Origin: an uncultured Eggerthellaceae bacterium
GTDB lineage: Bacteria > Actinomycetota > Coriobacteriia > Coriobacteriales > Eggerthellaceae
DNA length: 35,271 bases
Direction of reading: 5' to 3'
Assembly (NCBI GenBank): GCA_946626265.1
Contig: CAMOUE010000001.1
Location: 1 to 35,271 of the forward strand
Shown: piece by piece, positions 7,458 through 16,163 of the stretch
Layout: every line of letters begins with the position of its first letter
How positions within the stretch are numbered: the stretch's first letter is position 1
The notes under the pieces: generated by a model
What the model was told of the DNA's origin: nothing
Seen by the model: the letters and a program-made list of their open reading frames with translations, nothing else
The model's database searches: none
Program-made: the position numbers and the translations under genes

Positions 7458-9635
7458 ATGGAAAAGATCGTCGAGAAGTTTGAGCTTTACGGCAAGGAGT
7501 ATCGCCTCGAGACCGGAGAGCTCGCCAAGCAGACGACCGGAGCGGTCCTGGTCGGTCAAGGTGATACGACCGTGCTGGTTACCGCTGTCATCTCGAACCA
7601 GGAGAAGGATTACGACTTCTTCCCGCTGACCGTCGACTACATCGAGAAGATGTACGCGGTCGGACGCATCCCCGGCGGCTACCTCAAGCGCGAGGCCCGT
7701 CCTTCCGAGAAGGGCACGCTGACCGCGCGCATGATCGACCGCCCCATTCGCCCCGGCTTCGCCGACGGCTTCAAGCGCGAGGTCCATATCGTCGCGACGA
7801 CGCTTGTCGCCGACCAGGTGAACCCCATCGACAACATCTGCGTCATGGGCGCTTCGGCCGCCCTCATGATCGGCGATGCGCCTTTCGACGGACCGTGCGC
7901 ATGCGTGCGCGTCGGCCGTGACATGACCACGGGAGACTTCATCTGCAACCCGACGTACGAGGAGCAGGCCAACAGCGACCTCGACCTCATCATCGCGGGA
8001 ACGACCGACTACATCTCCATGATCGAAGCTGGCGCCAAGGAGATCTCCGAGGAGGACATGCTCGCCGCCATGTCGTTCGGCCAGACGGCGATCGCCGCCT
8101 TCTGCGAGGCCCAGCAGCGCTTCCTCGACCGCTGCCAGATCGAGAAGCGCGAGTGGCCCGTCCACGTCGCCGACCCCTCGATTGCGGAGCGCATCGAGCC
8201 GTTCGCCGGCGAGATGTCCGCAGCCTTGAAGGATGCCGACAAGCAAGCCCGCATGGGCAAGGTCGAAGATCTCAAGGAGCGCATCAAGGCCGAGAAGTTC
8301 ACCGAAGATGAGCTCGCAGCCTGGGGTGGCGACATTGCTGCTGAACTCAAGCTGCTCGAGAAGCATGCCATGCGCGCCATGGTCATCGAGACCGGCGAGC
8401 GCGCCGACGGGCGCACTCCCGAGGAGATTCGCCCGCTTCACATCGTCCCCGGCTACCTCCCGCGCGTGCATGGCTCCGGCCTGTTCCAGCGTGGTCAGAC
8501 GCAGGTGCTCTCCATCGCCACGCTCGGCATGCTCAACGAATGGCAGCGCCTCGACACTATCGAGCCCGTCGAGGGCAAGCGCTACATGCACCAGTACAAT
8601 TTCCCGCCCTACTGCACGGGCGAGGTCGGGCGCATGGGCGCTCCCAAACGTCGCGAAGTGGGCCATGGCGCACTCGCCGAGCGCGCGCTTCTGCCCGTTC
8701 TTCCCGACGAAGACGAGTTCCCCTACGCGATTCGCGTGGTCTCCGAGGTCCTCGAGTCTAACGGCTCGTCGTCCATGGCCTCCACGTGCGGTTCCACCCT
8801 CGCGCTCATGGACGCGGGCGTGCCCATCAAGGCCCCGGTTTCCGGCATCGCCATGGGCCTCATCAAGGAAGGGGACGACGTCGTCATCCTCTCCGACATC
8901 CAGGGCATCGAGGACTTCCTCGGCGACATGGACTTCAAGGTGACGGGTACCGAGAACGGCATCACGGCGCTGCAGATGGACAACAAGGCGCGCGGCCTGT
9001 CCGTCGAGATCCTCGCCCGCGCCCTCGAGCAGGCGAAGCGCGGCCGTGCGCATATCCTCAAGGCCATGCTCGACGAGATCGCCGCTCCGCGCGAGCAGCT
9101 CTCCGATTACGCTCCGCGCATCGAGACCATTCACATTCCGGTCGACAAGATCCGCGACGTCATCGGTTCGGGCGGCAAGGTCGTGCGAGGCATCCAGGAG
9201 GAGACCGGCGCAAGCATCGACATCCAGGAAGACGGCACGATCCACATCGCAGCCGTCCAGGGCACGGCTGGCGAGGCTGCCAAGAAGATGATCCTCGGCA
9301 TCGTGAAGGAGCCCGAGGCGGGCGAGGAATACGAAGGCGAGGTCGTCGGCATCAAGGACTTCGGCGCTTTCGTCAAGCTCACGCCTGCCAAGGACGGCCT
9401 GCTGCACATCTCGCGCGTGGCGAACGGCAGGGTCGGTAAAGTCGAGGACGTGCTCAACCTCGGCGACGTCATCAAGGTAAAGGTCATCGAGGTCGACCCC
9501 AAGACCGGCAAGATCTCGCTCGACCGGCTCGACAAGCCGGACGCGCCGGCCGGTTCGGCGCCCAAGCGCAACGACGATGCGAAACCGGGACGCGGCTCCC
9601 GTGAGCGCAAGCCCCGTCGTTCGCACGAAGCATAG
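7458..9635 (+). CDS. pnp: Polyribonucleotide nucleotidyltransferase (PNPase)
   Basis: Two RNase PH domains, a KH domain (IRDVIGSGGKVVRGI) and an S1 domain (GEVVGIKDFGAFVKL). 725 aa. Confidence 0.97.
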   Translation: MEKIVEKFELYGKEYRLETGELAKQTTGAVLVGQGDTTVLVTAVISNQEKDYDFFPLTVDYIEKMYAVGRIPGGYLKREARPSEKGTLTARMIDRPIRPGFADGFKREVHIVATTLVADQVNPIDNICVMGASAALMIGDAPFDGPCACVRVGRDMTTGDFICNPTYEEQANSDLDLIIAGTTDYISMIEAGAKEISEEDMLAAMSFGQTAIAAFCEAQQRFLDRCQIEKREWPVHVADPSIAERIEPFAGEMSAALKDADKQARMGKVEDLKERIKAEKFTEDELAAWGGDIAAELKLLEKHAMRAMVIETGERADGRTPEEIRPLHIVPGYLPRVHGSGLFQRGQTQVLSIATLGMLNEWQRLDTIEPVEGKRYMHQYNFPPYCTGEVGRMGAPKRREVGHGALAERALLPVLPDEDEFPYAIRVVSEVLESNGSSSMASTCGSTLALMDAGVPIKAPVSGIAMGLIKEGDDVVILSDIQGIEDFLGDMDFKVTGTENGITALQMDNKARGLSVEILARALEQAKRGRAHILKAMLDEIAAPREQLSDYAPRIETIHIPVDKIRDVIGSGGKVVRGIQEETGASIDIQEDGTIHIAAVQGTAGEAAKKMILGIVKEPEAGEEYEGEVVGIKDFGAFVKLTPAKDGLLHISRVANGRVGKVEDVLNLGDVIKVKVIEVDPKTGKISLDRLDKPDAPAGSAPKRNDDAKPGRGSRERKPRRSHEA

Positions 9636-9645
9636 GTAACGCATT

Positions 9646-9679
9646 CGAGGCGTTGGGCTTTGATCCGACGCCTCGTTTC
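9646..9679 (+). terminator. Putative terminator hairpin after pnp
   Basis: cgaggcgt (9646-9653) pairs with acgcctcg (9668-9675), followed by TTTC. The 14-nt loop is long, so confidence is moderate. Confidence 0.45.
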
Positions 9680-9695
9680 ATACGAGGAGGAAAAC

Positions 9696-10460
9696 ATGAT
9701 ACGGGTTGGCGTTGCGGGGTACGCGGGCCGGATGGGCTCGGCCGTAGTAGATGCGGTTACAGCTGCCGATGACATGCAAGTTGCCTGCGGAATCGATCCC
9801 TTCGGGAGCGAGCAGGTGTTTCCGACGTTCAAATCCATTGACGAGGCGCTGGCAAACGCCGAGTTCGACGTGCTCGTAGACTTCACGCAGCCTGATGTCG
9901 TAGCCGGAAACGTCGAGAAGGCGCTTTCCGCGGGAAAGGATTGCGTCGTGGGCACGACGGGCCTGTCGAACGACGTACTCGAAGGGCTTGCCGGCAAGGC
10001 GGCGGGCGACGCATGCCTCTTCTACGCACCGAACTTCACGACCGGCGCCGTTCTCATGATGCAGTTCGCAAAGGCCGCAGCGCCGTTCTTCCCCGAGGCG
10101 GAGGTCATCGAGTTCCACCATGCGCGCAAGAAGGATGCTCCTTCGGGCACGGCCGTGCGTACTGCCCAGATGATCGCGCAGTCCCGCGGCTTCGAGAGCG
10201 AAGCGCCCGGCAAGGAGACCGAGATCGAAGGCTGCGAGGGCGCGCGCGGCACGCTCGTCGACGGCGTTCCCGTACATTCCGTGAGGTCGATGGGGTTCGT
10301 CGCGACGCAGGAAGTCATATTCGGCTCCATGGGCCAGACGCTCACCATAAAGCACGATTCATGGGACCGCACGTCATACATGCCCGGCGTGCTTCTCGGA
10401 ATCAGGTCGGTGAAGGAACGCTCGGGCCTTATCGTGGGCCTCGAGCAGTTCATGCTCTAG
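9696..10460 (+). CDS. dapB: 4-hydroxy-tetrahydrodipicolinate reductase
   Basis: GYAGRMG NAD(P)-binding motif and EFHHARKKDAPSGTA signature. ATG 9696 is preceded by GAGGAGG. The track start at 9660 has no ribosome-binding site. Confidence 0.9.
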   Translation: MIRVGVAGYAGRMGSAVVDAVTAADDMQVACGIDPFGSEQVFPTFKSIDEALANAEFDVLVDFTQPDVVAGNVEKALSAGKDCVVGTTGLSNDVLEGLAGKAAGDACLFYAPNFTTGAVLMMQFAKAAAPFFPEAEVIEFHHARKKDAPSGTAVRTAQMIAQSRGFESEAPGKETEIEGCEGARGTLVDGVPVHSVRSMGFVATQEVIFGSMGQTLTIKHDSWDRTSYMPGVLLGIRSVKERSGLIVGLEQFML

Positions 10461-10476
10461 CGTCCCATAGAGGGCC

Positions 10477-10502
10477 CTTCGCGCATGCCGGCATGCGCGA
10501 AG
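10477..10502. repeat. 26-bp perfect GC-rich palindrome 16 nt after the dapB stop
   Basis: cttcgcgcatgcc / ggcatgcgcgaag are exact reverse complements. No T-tract follows. Confidence 0.7.
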
Positions 10503-10654
10503 AGTTCGTGGACAAAACGAATACGCCTGCAGGGCGTGCAATAATTACCTGTGCTGAAAAGCGCGGGCCTGACGCGTCGGCCAAACGCGATGATCGCATG
10601 GCCGAGGCGCGTCGGCATGGCTCAATCGATGATGGAAGTGCAGAGGAGCTGACG

Positions 10655-11545
10655 ATGGGTGATCCACGGTTCGGGCGTCTCGTGACGGCTATGGTCACGC
10701 CGTTCGACGATAACCTGGATGTCGATTTGAATCGCACGGAAGAGCTTTCCGACCGTCTCGTGAAGGGCGGGACCGACTCGATCATCGTCTGCGGCACTAC
10801 GGGCGAAAGCCCCACCGTTTCCGCTCCGGATAAGCTGCGGGTAATCGAGGCCGTTGTCCATGTTGTCGGCGGGCGCATCCCGGTGGTCGCGAACGTCGGG
10901 AGCAATTGCACGCACGACACGATCGATTTCGCTCGCGAGGCGGACAAACTCGGAGTCGACGGCTTCATGTGCGTCGTCCCGTACTATAACAAGCCGCCGC
11001 AGGAGGGGCTGTACCGTCACTTCAAGGCGGTGGCGGAGTCGACCGAGAAGCCGATCATCCTGTACAACATACCGAGTCGCTGCGTCGTCAACATGAAGGC
11101 CGAGACGACTCTGCGCCTTGCCAACGAGTGCCGAAACATCGTTGCCGTGAAGGAGGCTTCGGGCGATATCGAGCAGGTCAAGTGCCTCGTCGAAGGTGCA
11201 CCTGATGGGTTCGGCGTGTATTCGGGCGACGACTCGTTCACGTACGACCTGATGAAAGCAGGCGGTACGGGCGTGGTCTCGACGACGTCGAACGTGGCGC
11301 CGGCGAAGATGAAGGCGCTCGTCGAGGCATGCGCTGAGCGCGAATGGCAGCGGGCGTCGGAGCTCAACGAACAGCTCATGCCGCTCATGAAGGGGCTGTT
11401 CGCAACGACGAACCCCATCCTCGTGAAGGCCGCGCTCGCGCTATGCGGCTTTAAGGTCGGCGGCGTGAGGCTCCCGCTCGTCGATGCGACCGACGAGCAG
11501 GTTCGCTCGCTCGAGGAGACGCTGACCGAAGTCGGCGTTTTGTAA
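10655..11545 (+). CDS. dapA: 4-hydroxy-tetrahydrodipicolinate synthase
   Basis: MVTPF, CGTTGES and YNIPSR motifs, with the catalytic-Lys context VAVKEASGD. ATG 10655 follows GAGGAG. The upstream part of track ORF 9941-11545 is out-of-frame read-through of dapB. Confidence 0.92.
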   Translation: MGDPRFGRLVTAMVTPFDDNLDVDLNRTEELSDRLVKGGTDSIIVCGTTGESPTVSAPDKLRVIEAVVHVVGGRIPVVANVGSNCTHDTIDFAREADKLGVDGFMCVVPYYNKPPQEGLYRHFKAVAESTEKPIILYNIPSRCVVNMKAETTLRLANECRNIVAVKEASGDIEQVKCLVEGAPDGFGVYSGDDSFTYDLMKAGGTGVVSTTSNVAPAKMKALVEACAEREWQRASELNEQLMPLMKGLFATTNPILVKAALALCGFKVGGVRLPLVDATDEQVRSLEETLTEVGVL

Positions 11546-11631
11546 AGACAACGAACGGAACGTCCACAAGGACGACTAGATAGAAAAACAGGCGAAAGCC
11601 TCATACGTGTTTGCTTGGAAACGAGGTATTA

Positions 11632-13527
11632 ATGGCAGAGGCAAACGAAAAGACGCCGAGAAGGCGGCATAGCGGAATCGTCGCAGATAACGGCGAAACG
11701 GAATCTGCTGCGCAAAAGCAGCAGCGCAAGAACGGTAAGCAGACGAAATCGATCAAGTACGTGACGCTCGAGAAGGAACGGCCGTCCCTCACCCGTGACG
11801 GCGCTTCTTCGGAAAAGGGCAGGCAGCGTCAAGGCCAACGCAAGCGCGGTTCCCGGGGCAGGGGCGCATCGAGCGGCGCGAAGATGAACATCATCCCGCT
11901 CGGCGGACTCGACGCAATCGGCAAGAACATGACCGTGCTCGAATGCGGGCAGGACATGGTCCTCGACGATGCGGGGCTCATGTTCCCGGACGACGATCAT
12001 CCGGGCATCGACCTCATCCTGCCCGACTACACGTACGTCCTCGAGCACGCCGACAAGCTGCGCGGCATCGTGATCACCCACGGCCACGAGGACCATACGG
12101 GAAGCCTTCCCTACCTTTACAAGGACCTTGACAAGCCCGTGCCGATATACGGCACGAAAATGACGTTGGGCCTCATCGAGGGGAAGTTCGCGGAACATCG
12201 CATCAAGAATGCACCGCTCGTGGAGATAAAACCGGGCGACAAGATCGACCTCGGCTGCATATCGGCCGAGTTCTTCTCCGTAAACCACTCAATCCCCGGG
12301 TCGGTCGGGATCTTCTTCAGAAGCCCAGCCGGAAACGTGCTGCATACGGGCGACTTCAAGCTCGACCAGACTCCCATCGACGGGGTTCTCACGGACTTCG
12401 GCGCCCTTGCGCGGTTCGGCCAGGAGGGCGTCGACCTCATGATGTCCGATTCGACGAACGCGATGAAGACGTCCTTCACCCCGTCGGAGCGCGAGGTCGG
12501 CAGGAACCTGAGCAGGATCATCGAGCAGGCGAAAGGCCGCGTCATCATCGCGTCGTTCGCGAGCCACATTCACCGCATGCAGCAAATATGCGATGCCGCA
12601 GTTGCCAACGGGCGCAAGGTGGTCGTAACGGGCAGGTCCATGATCCAGAACACCGACATCGCACGTCAGCTGGGTTACCTGAACATCGACGACAAGGACC
12701 TCGTCGACGCATACGAGCTCAAGGGCATACCGCCCGAGAAGATCGTCGTCATGTGCACGGGTTCCCAAGGCGAGCCGCTCTCGGCGCTGTCGCGCATTGC
12801 AGGCGGTCTTCACAAGACGATTAGCATCGACGAAGGCGATACGGTCATCATTTCCGCGACTCCCGTTCCCGGCAACGAGAAGAAGGTGACGCGCGTCATC
12901 AACCTCCTGTCGAAGATCGGGGCGGACGTATACGATAAGTCCCGCGCCATGGTCCACGTGTCTGGCCATGCGGGAGCCGAGGAGCTCAAGCTCGTGCTGT
13001 CGATTGCCCAGCCGCGTTCGTTCATGCCGGTGCATGGCGAGTCCACCCATCTGCGCGCCCATGCGCAGCTTGCCGCCGAGACCGGTGTTCCTGACGAGAA
13101 CATCTTCATATGCGAGAACGGCGAGAGCCTCGTCCTCGACGAGTCGGGCGTGAAGCACGGCGAGCGCGTACAGAGCGGCGTCGTGTTCGTGGACGGCCTG
13201 TCTGTGGGCGACACGTCGCAAGACGTCCTCGACGAGCGCGTGACGCTCGGAGCGCAGGGCTTCGCGGCTTTGGCGGCCGCCGTCGACATGACGCGCAGGC
13301 AGCTCGTCGGGCACGTTGCCATCGAGATGCACGGTATAACGGGCGGCGACGACTACTACGTCGCCGTGGAAGCCCAGGAAGTCGTCGAGAACGCGCTGAA
13401 GAAGCAGCTCGCAAAGGGCGCGACCGAGAAGGAGCTCAAGAAAGTCGGGCGCGATGCGCTGCTCAACTTGCTCTGGGACCGCACGAAGCAGCGGCCGATG
13501 GCCGTCGCCTCGATTCTGGAGGTATAG
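11632..13527 (+). CDS. rnj: Ribonuclease J with a ~84-aa basic N-terminal extension
   Basis: Metallo-beta-lactamase motif THGHEDHTG and beta-CASP region. ATG 11632 follows GAGG. An alternative internal start at ATG 11884 (MNIIPLGG) would remove the extension. Confidence 0.88.
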   Translation: MAEANEKTPRRRHSGIVADNGETESAAQKQQRKNGKQTKSIKYVTLEKERPSLTRDGASSEKGRQRQGQRKRGSRGRGASSGAKMNIIPLGGLDAIGKNMTVLECGQDMVLDDAGLMFPDDDHPGIDLILPDYTYVLEHADKLRGIVITHGHEDHTGSLPYLYKDLDKPVPIYGTKMTLGLIEGKFAEHRIKNAPLVEIKPGDKIDLGCISAEFFSVNHSIPGSVGIFFRSPAGNVLHTGDFKLDQTPIDGVLTDFGALARFGQEGVDLMMSDSTNAMKTSFTPSEREVGRNLSRIIEQAKGRVIIASFASHIHRMQQICDAAVANGRKVVVTGRSMIQNTDIARQLGYLNIDDKDLVDAYELKGIPPEKIVVMCTGSQGEPLSALSRIAGGLHKTISIDEGDTVIISATPVPGNEKKVTRVINLLSKIGADVYDKSRAMVHVSGHAGAEELKLVLSIAQPRSFMPVHGESTHLRAHAQLAAETGVPDENIFICENGESLVLDESGVKHGERVQSGVVFVDGLSVGDTSQDVLDERVTLGAQGFAALAAAVDMTRRQLVGHVAIEMHGITGGDDYYVAVEAQEVVENALKKQLAKGATEKELKKVGRDALLNLLWDRTKQRPMAVASILEV

Positions 13528-13604
13528 GCTTCGCATCCCGTGACGCCGAGGATGCCGCCTGCAGCGAAACGCGTTGCGGCGCACGATGCGCGAATCATTT
13601 CTGT

Positions 13605-13636
13605 TGAAGAGGGGTTGCTTTACAGTAGCCCCTCTT
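13605..13636 (+). terminator. Putative terminator hairpin after rnj
   Basis: gaagagggg (13605-13613) pairs with cccctcttc (13628-13636). 14-nt loop and only a weak T run. An AT-rich stretch follows before ftsK. Confidence 0.45.
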
Positions 13637-13693
13637 CGTTGGTATATACTAATTAGATAAACATTACTTAAACGCAGTAAAAAAGGAGCCAGT

Positions 13694-16153
13694 GTGGCAA
13701 GATCGTCATCTGCGAAGAAGACGAGCGCTCAAAAGGCGAATTCGAAACAAGGACAGCAAAGGAAGAAGGCTGCTTCGCCTGCGGAGAAGAGCGGGCGGAA
13801 AAGGCCGCAGCAAGCATGCGCCGCAACGAGGCAGCCACTGCTCGACGACGACGCGCATCGGACGATCACCGGCATCGTGTGCGCGGTCGTGGCGCTGGCG
13901 CTCGCCCTCATAGTCGCTTGGCCGACGGACGCCGTGCTGGCGTCGTTTCTGTCGCTGGCCCTCAGGCGTGCGCTCGGCATAGGCGCGTACCTGCTCCCGG
14001 TATGCCTCATGGTCGTAGCCGCCACGTTCGTCGTGCGCTTCGAATCCGAACGCGTTCCCACGCGCGTGGTGGTCGGCCTCGCGATTCTCTACGTGGCCGT
14101 GCTCGTCATGACTGCGCTGTTCACGCCCCATCCGCTCTACGTCGATGGGGGTGTCGCGACCGTTTTCGCTGACGACCAGGTCGTCCTTCACGGAGGATAC
14201 CTCGGCGCGGGGCCCGCCTGGCTCGGGTTGACGCTGCTCGGGCTGCCCGTGTCGTGCATCGTGACGATAGGCGTCGGCGCGATCGGCCTCGTGGTCATCG
14301 GGTTTTCCATCAGGAAGCTTCTCGCAGTCGTTGCCGAGAAGAAGGCCAAGCGCGAACAGCACGAGGAAGAAGTTCTCGGCGTCGCGCTCGAGGAGCCGTA
14401 CCGGCCCGTTCAACCTGCGAGGAGCGTACGTCAGCGCAAGCCGAGGGCGGTAGACGCGAGTGCGGCGACGCAGGCAATCGGCGCCAAGCCCGCTGCTGCA
14501 ACGGTTGAGCTCAGTGGCTCCGCGCGTGCGCATTCCGGTCGCATTGACCCTGCTGAGACGGGCAGGGGAAAGACCCAGCAGCTCACGAGGAAGCTTGGAA
14601 AGAAAAAGGACGGGTCCCCTTTGCAGGAACCGACGCAATCAACGGCGTCGCTCGAGCCCGCGCTCGCCGTCGCGCCCGAGGACGGTTTCGAGCTGCCCGA
14701 CATGAAGCTGCTCACGGTCGGGAAGGCTAAGAAGCGCACGAAGGCCGTCGAGAACGAGCTCGAGGAGACCGCGGGACGGCTGCAGCAGACTATGGAAGAC
14801 TTCGGCATCATGGCAACCGTCGTCGATTGGATCGCCGGTCCGACCGTCACCTTGTTCGAGGTCGACCTTCCTCCGGGCGTGCGCGTAAGCAAGCTCGTCG
14901 CGCTCAACGACGACATCGCGCTCGCGCTCGCAGCGCCCGGCGTTCGCATTTTCGCACCGATTCCCGGCACGCACTTCGTCGGAATCGAGGTGCCGAACGC
15001 GACGCGCGAGAACGTGTACCTCGGAGACGTGCTCAAGGACGTCAAGGGCGGCCCCCTCGAGATGGCCATAGGCAAGGACGTCGAGGGCAATTCGATCATC
15101 TGCGACCTCGCAAAAATGCCGCACCTGCTCATCGGCGGCACGACGGGTTCGGGCAAATCGGTCGGCATCAACGCCATGATCATGTCGATGCTCATGCGCG
15201 CGACGCCGTCCCAGGTGCGTTTCATCATGATCGACCCGAAGCGCGTCGAGTTCACGCCCTACAACGGCATTCCTCATCTTTACGTGCCGGTGGTCACCGA
15301 GCCCAAGGAGGCGGCGAGCGCGCTGTCGTGGGGAGTCGCCGAGATGGAGAGAAGGCTCAAGGTGTTCTCGAAGGTCGGCGCGCGGAACATCTCCCAATAC
15401 AACGAGAAGGCGCGCTCGGGCGAGCTCGGCGAGGACGAGACGTCGGAGCTGCCCTACATCGTCATAATCATCGACGAGCTCGCCGACCTCATGATGAACG
15501 TCGGGAAGGAAGTCGAGTTCTCGATCAGCAGGATTGCCCAGCTCGCCCGAGCGGCGGGCATCCATTTGATCGTCGCGACGCAAAGGCCGAGCGCCAACGT
15601 CGTGACCGGCCTCATCAAGGCGAACATCACGAACAGGATGGCGTTCAACGTCGCATCGGGCCTCGACAGCCGCGTTATTCTCGACGTCTCGGGCGCCGAG
15701 AGCCTCATCGGAAACGGCGACCTTCTGCTCTCGAAGCCGGAATTCGCGAAACCCGTGAGGATTCAGGGCTGCTTCGTGTCTCCCGAGGAGATATCGGCCG
15801 TAGTCGAGGCGGTCAAGTCGCAAGGCGAGCCCGAATACCATTCGGAGATTTTGAAGACGAACCTGATAACGCTCGGCGACTCCTCGCCGGACGGTTCGGG
15901 TGGCAGCGTGAGTGCCGATGACCCGCTTCTGTGGGACGCGGCCGATATCGTCGTCGCCAGCGGGCTTGGGTCGACGTCCAACATACAGCGAAAGCTGAAG
16001 GTCGGATACTCGAGGGCTGGCCGTATAATGGACATGCTCGAGGAGAAAGGCGTCGTCGGCCCGCCAAACGGCAGCAAGCCGCGTGACGTGCTTGTCGACG
16101 CGTTGGAGCTCGAGACCCTCAAGGCGTTCGAATCGTCTGACGGGAATGATTAA
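13694..16153 (+). CDS. ftsK: DNA translocase FtsK
   Basis: N-terminal TM helices, Walker A GGTTGSGKS, Walker B IIIDELADL and a C-terminal gamma winged helix (IQRKLKVGYSRAGRIMDMLE). GTG start after AAAGGAG. Confidence 0.95.
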   Translation: MARSSSAKKTSAQKANSKQGQQRKKAASPAEKSGRKRPQQACAATRQPLLDDDAHRTITGIVCAVVALALALIVAWPTDAVLASFLSLALRRALGIGAYLLPVCLMVVAATFVVRFESERVPTRVVVGLAILYVAVLVMTALFTPHPLYVDGGVATVFADDQVVLHGGYLGAGPAWLGLTLLGLPVSCIVTIGVGAIGLVVIGFSIRKLLAVVAEKKAKREQHEEEVLGVALEEPYRPVQPARSVRQRKPRAVDASAATQAIGAKPAAATVELSGSARAHSGRIDPAETGRGKTQQLTRKLGKKKDGSPLQEPTQSTASLEPALAVAPEDGFELPDMKLLTVGKAKKRTKAVENELEETAGRLQQTMEDFGIMATVVDWIAGPTVTLFEVDLPPGVRVSKLVALNDDIALALAAPGVRIFAPIPGTHFVGIEVPNATRENVYLGDVLKDVKGGPLEMAIGKDVEGNSIICDLAKMPHLLIGGTTGSGKSVGINAMIMSMLMRATPSQVRFIMIDPKRVEFTPYNGIPHLYVPVVTEPKEAASALSWGVAEMERRLKVFSKVGARNISQYNEKARSGELGEDETSELPYIVIIIDELADLMMNVGKEVEFSISRIAQLARAAGIHLIVATQRPSANVVTGLIKANITNRMAFNVASGLDSRVILDVSGAESLIGNGDLLLSKPEFAKPVRIQGCFVSPEEISAVVEAVKSQGEPEYHSEILKTNLITLGDSSPDGSGGSVSADDPLLWDAADIVVASGLGSTSNIQRKLKVGYSRAGRIMDMLEEKGVVGPPNGSKPRDVLVDALELETLKAFESSDGND

Positions 16154-16163
16154 AGGAGTAAAC

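Noticed and set aside
7422-9644. A 740-aa minus-strand ORF spanning the whole of pnp. Similar long antisense ORFs occur at 3049-4563, 5378-6907, 5880-7232, 12289-13584, 14639-15841, 16179-17288, 21480-22613, 29755-31785, 31734-32735 and 33687-34916.
   Set aside because: Each lies exactly opposite a + strand gene with unmistakable family motifs. Their translations are Arg/Ala/Leu/Val/Asp/His-rich, with no recognisable motifs, ribosome-binding sites or sensible boundaries. This is the usual stop-codon-poor antisense artefact of high-GC DNA.
9941-10654. The N-terminal 238 aa of track ORF 9941-11545, which would make a 534-aa DapA.
   Set aside because: This part overlaps dapB in another frame and crosses the intergenic palindrome. 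The sequence is Arg-rich nonsense. The canonical DapA N-terminus starts at ATG 10655 behind GAGGAG.
10503-10654. Possible lysine riboswitch (L-box) upstream of dapA.
   Set aside because: I could not find the conserved L-box core elements as I remember them from the Bacillus lysC leader (AGAGGUGC-type P1, GGGGAGCG...CCGAAG region). Only short generic hairpins are present. A cmsearch with the Rfam Lysine model would settle it.
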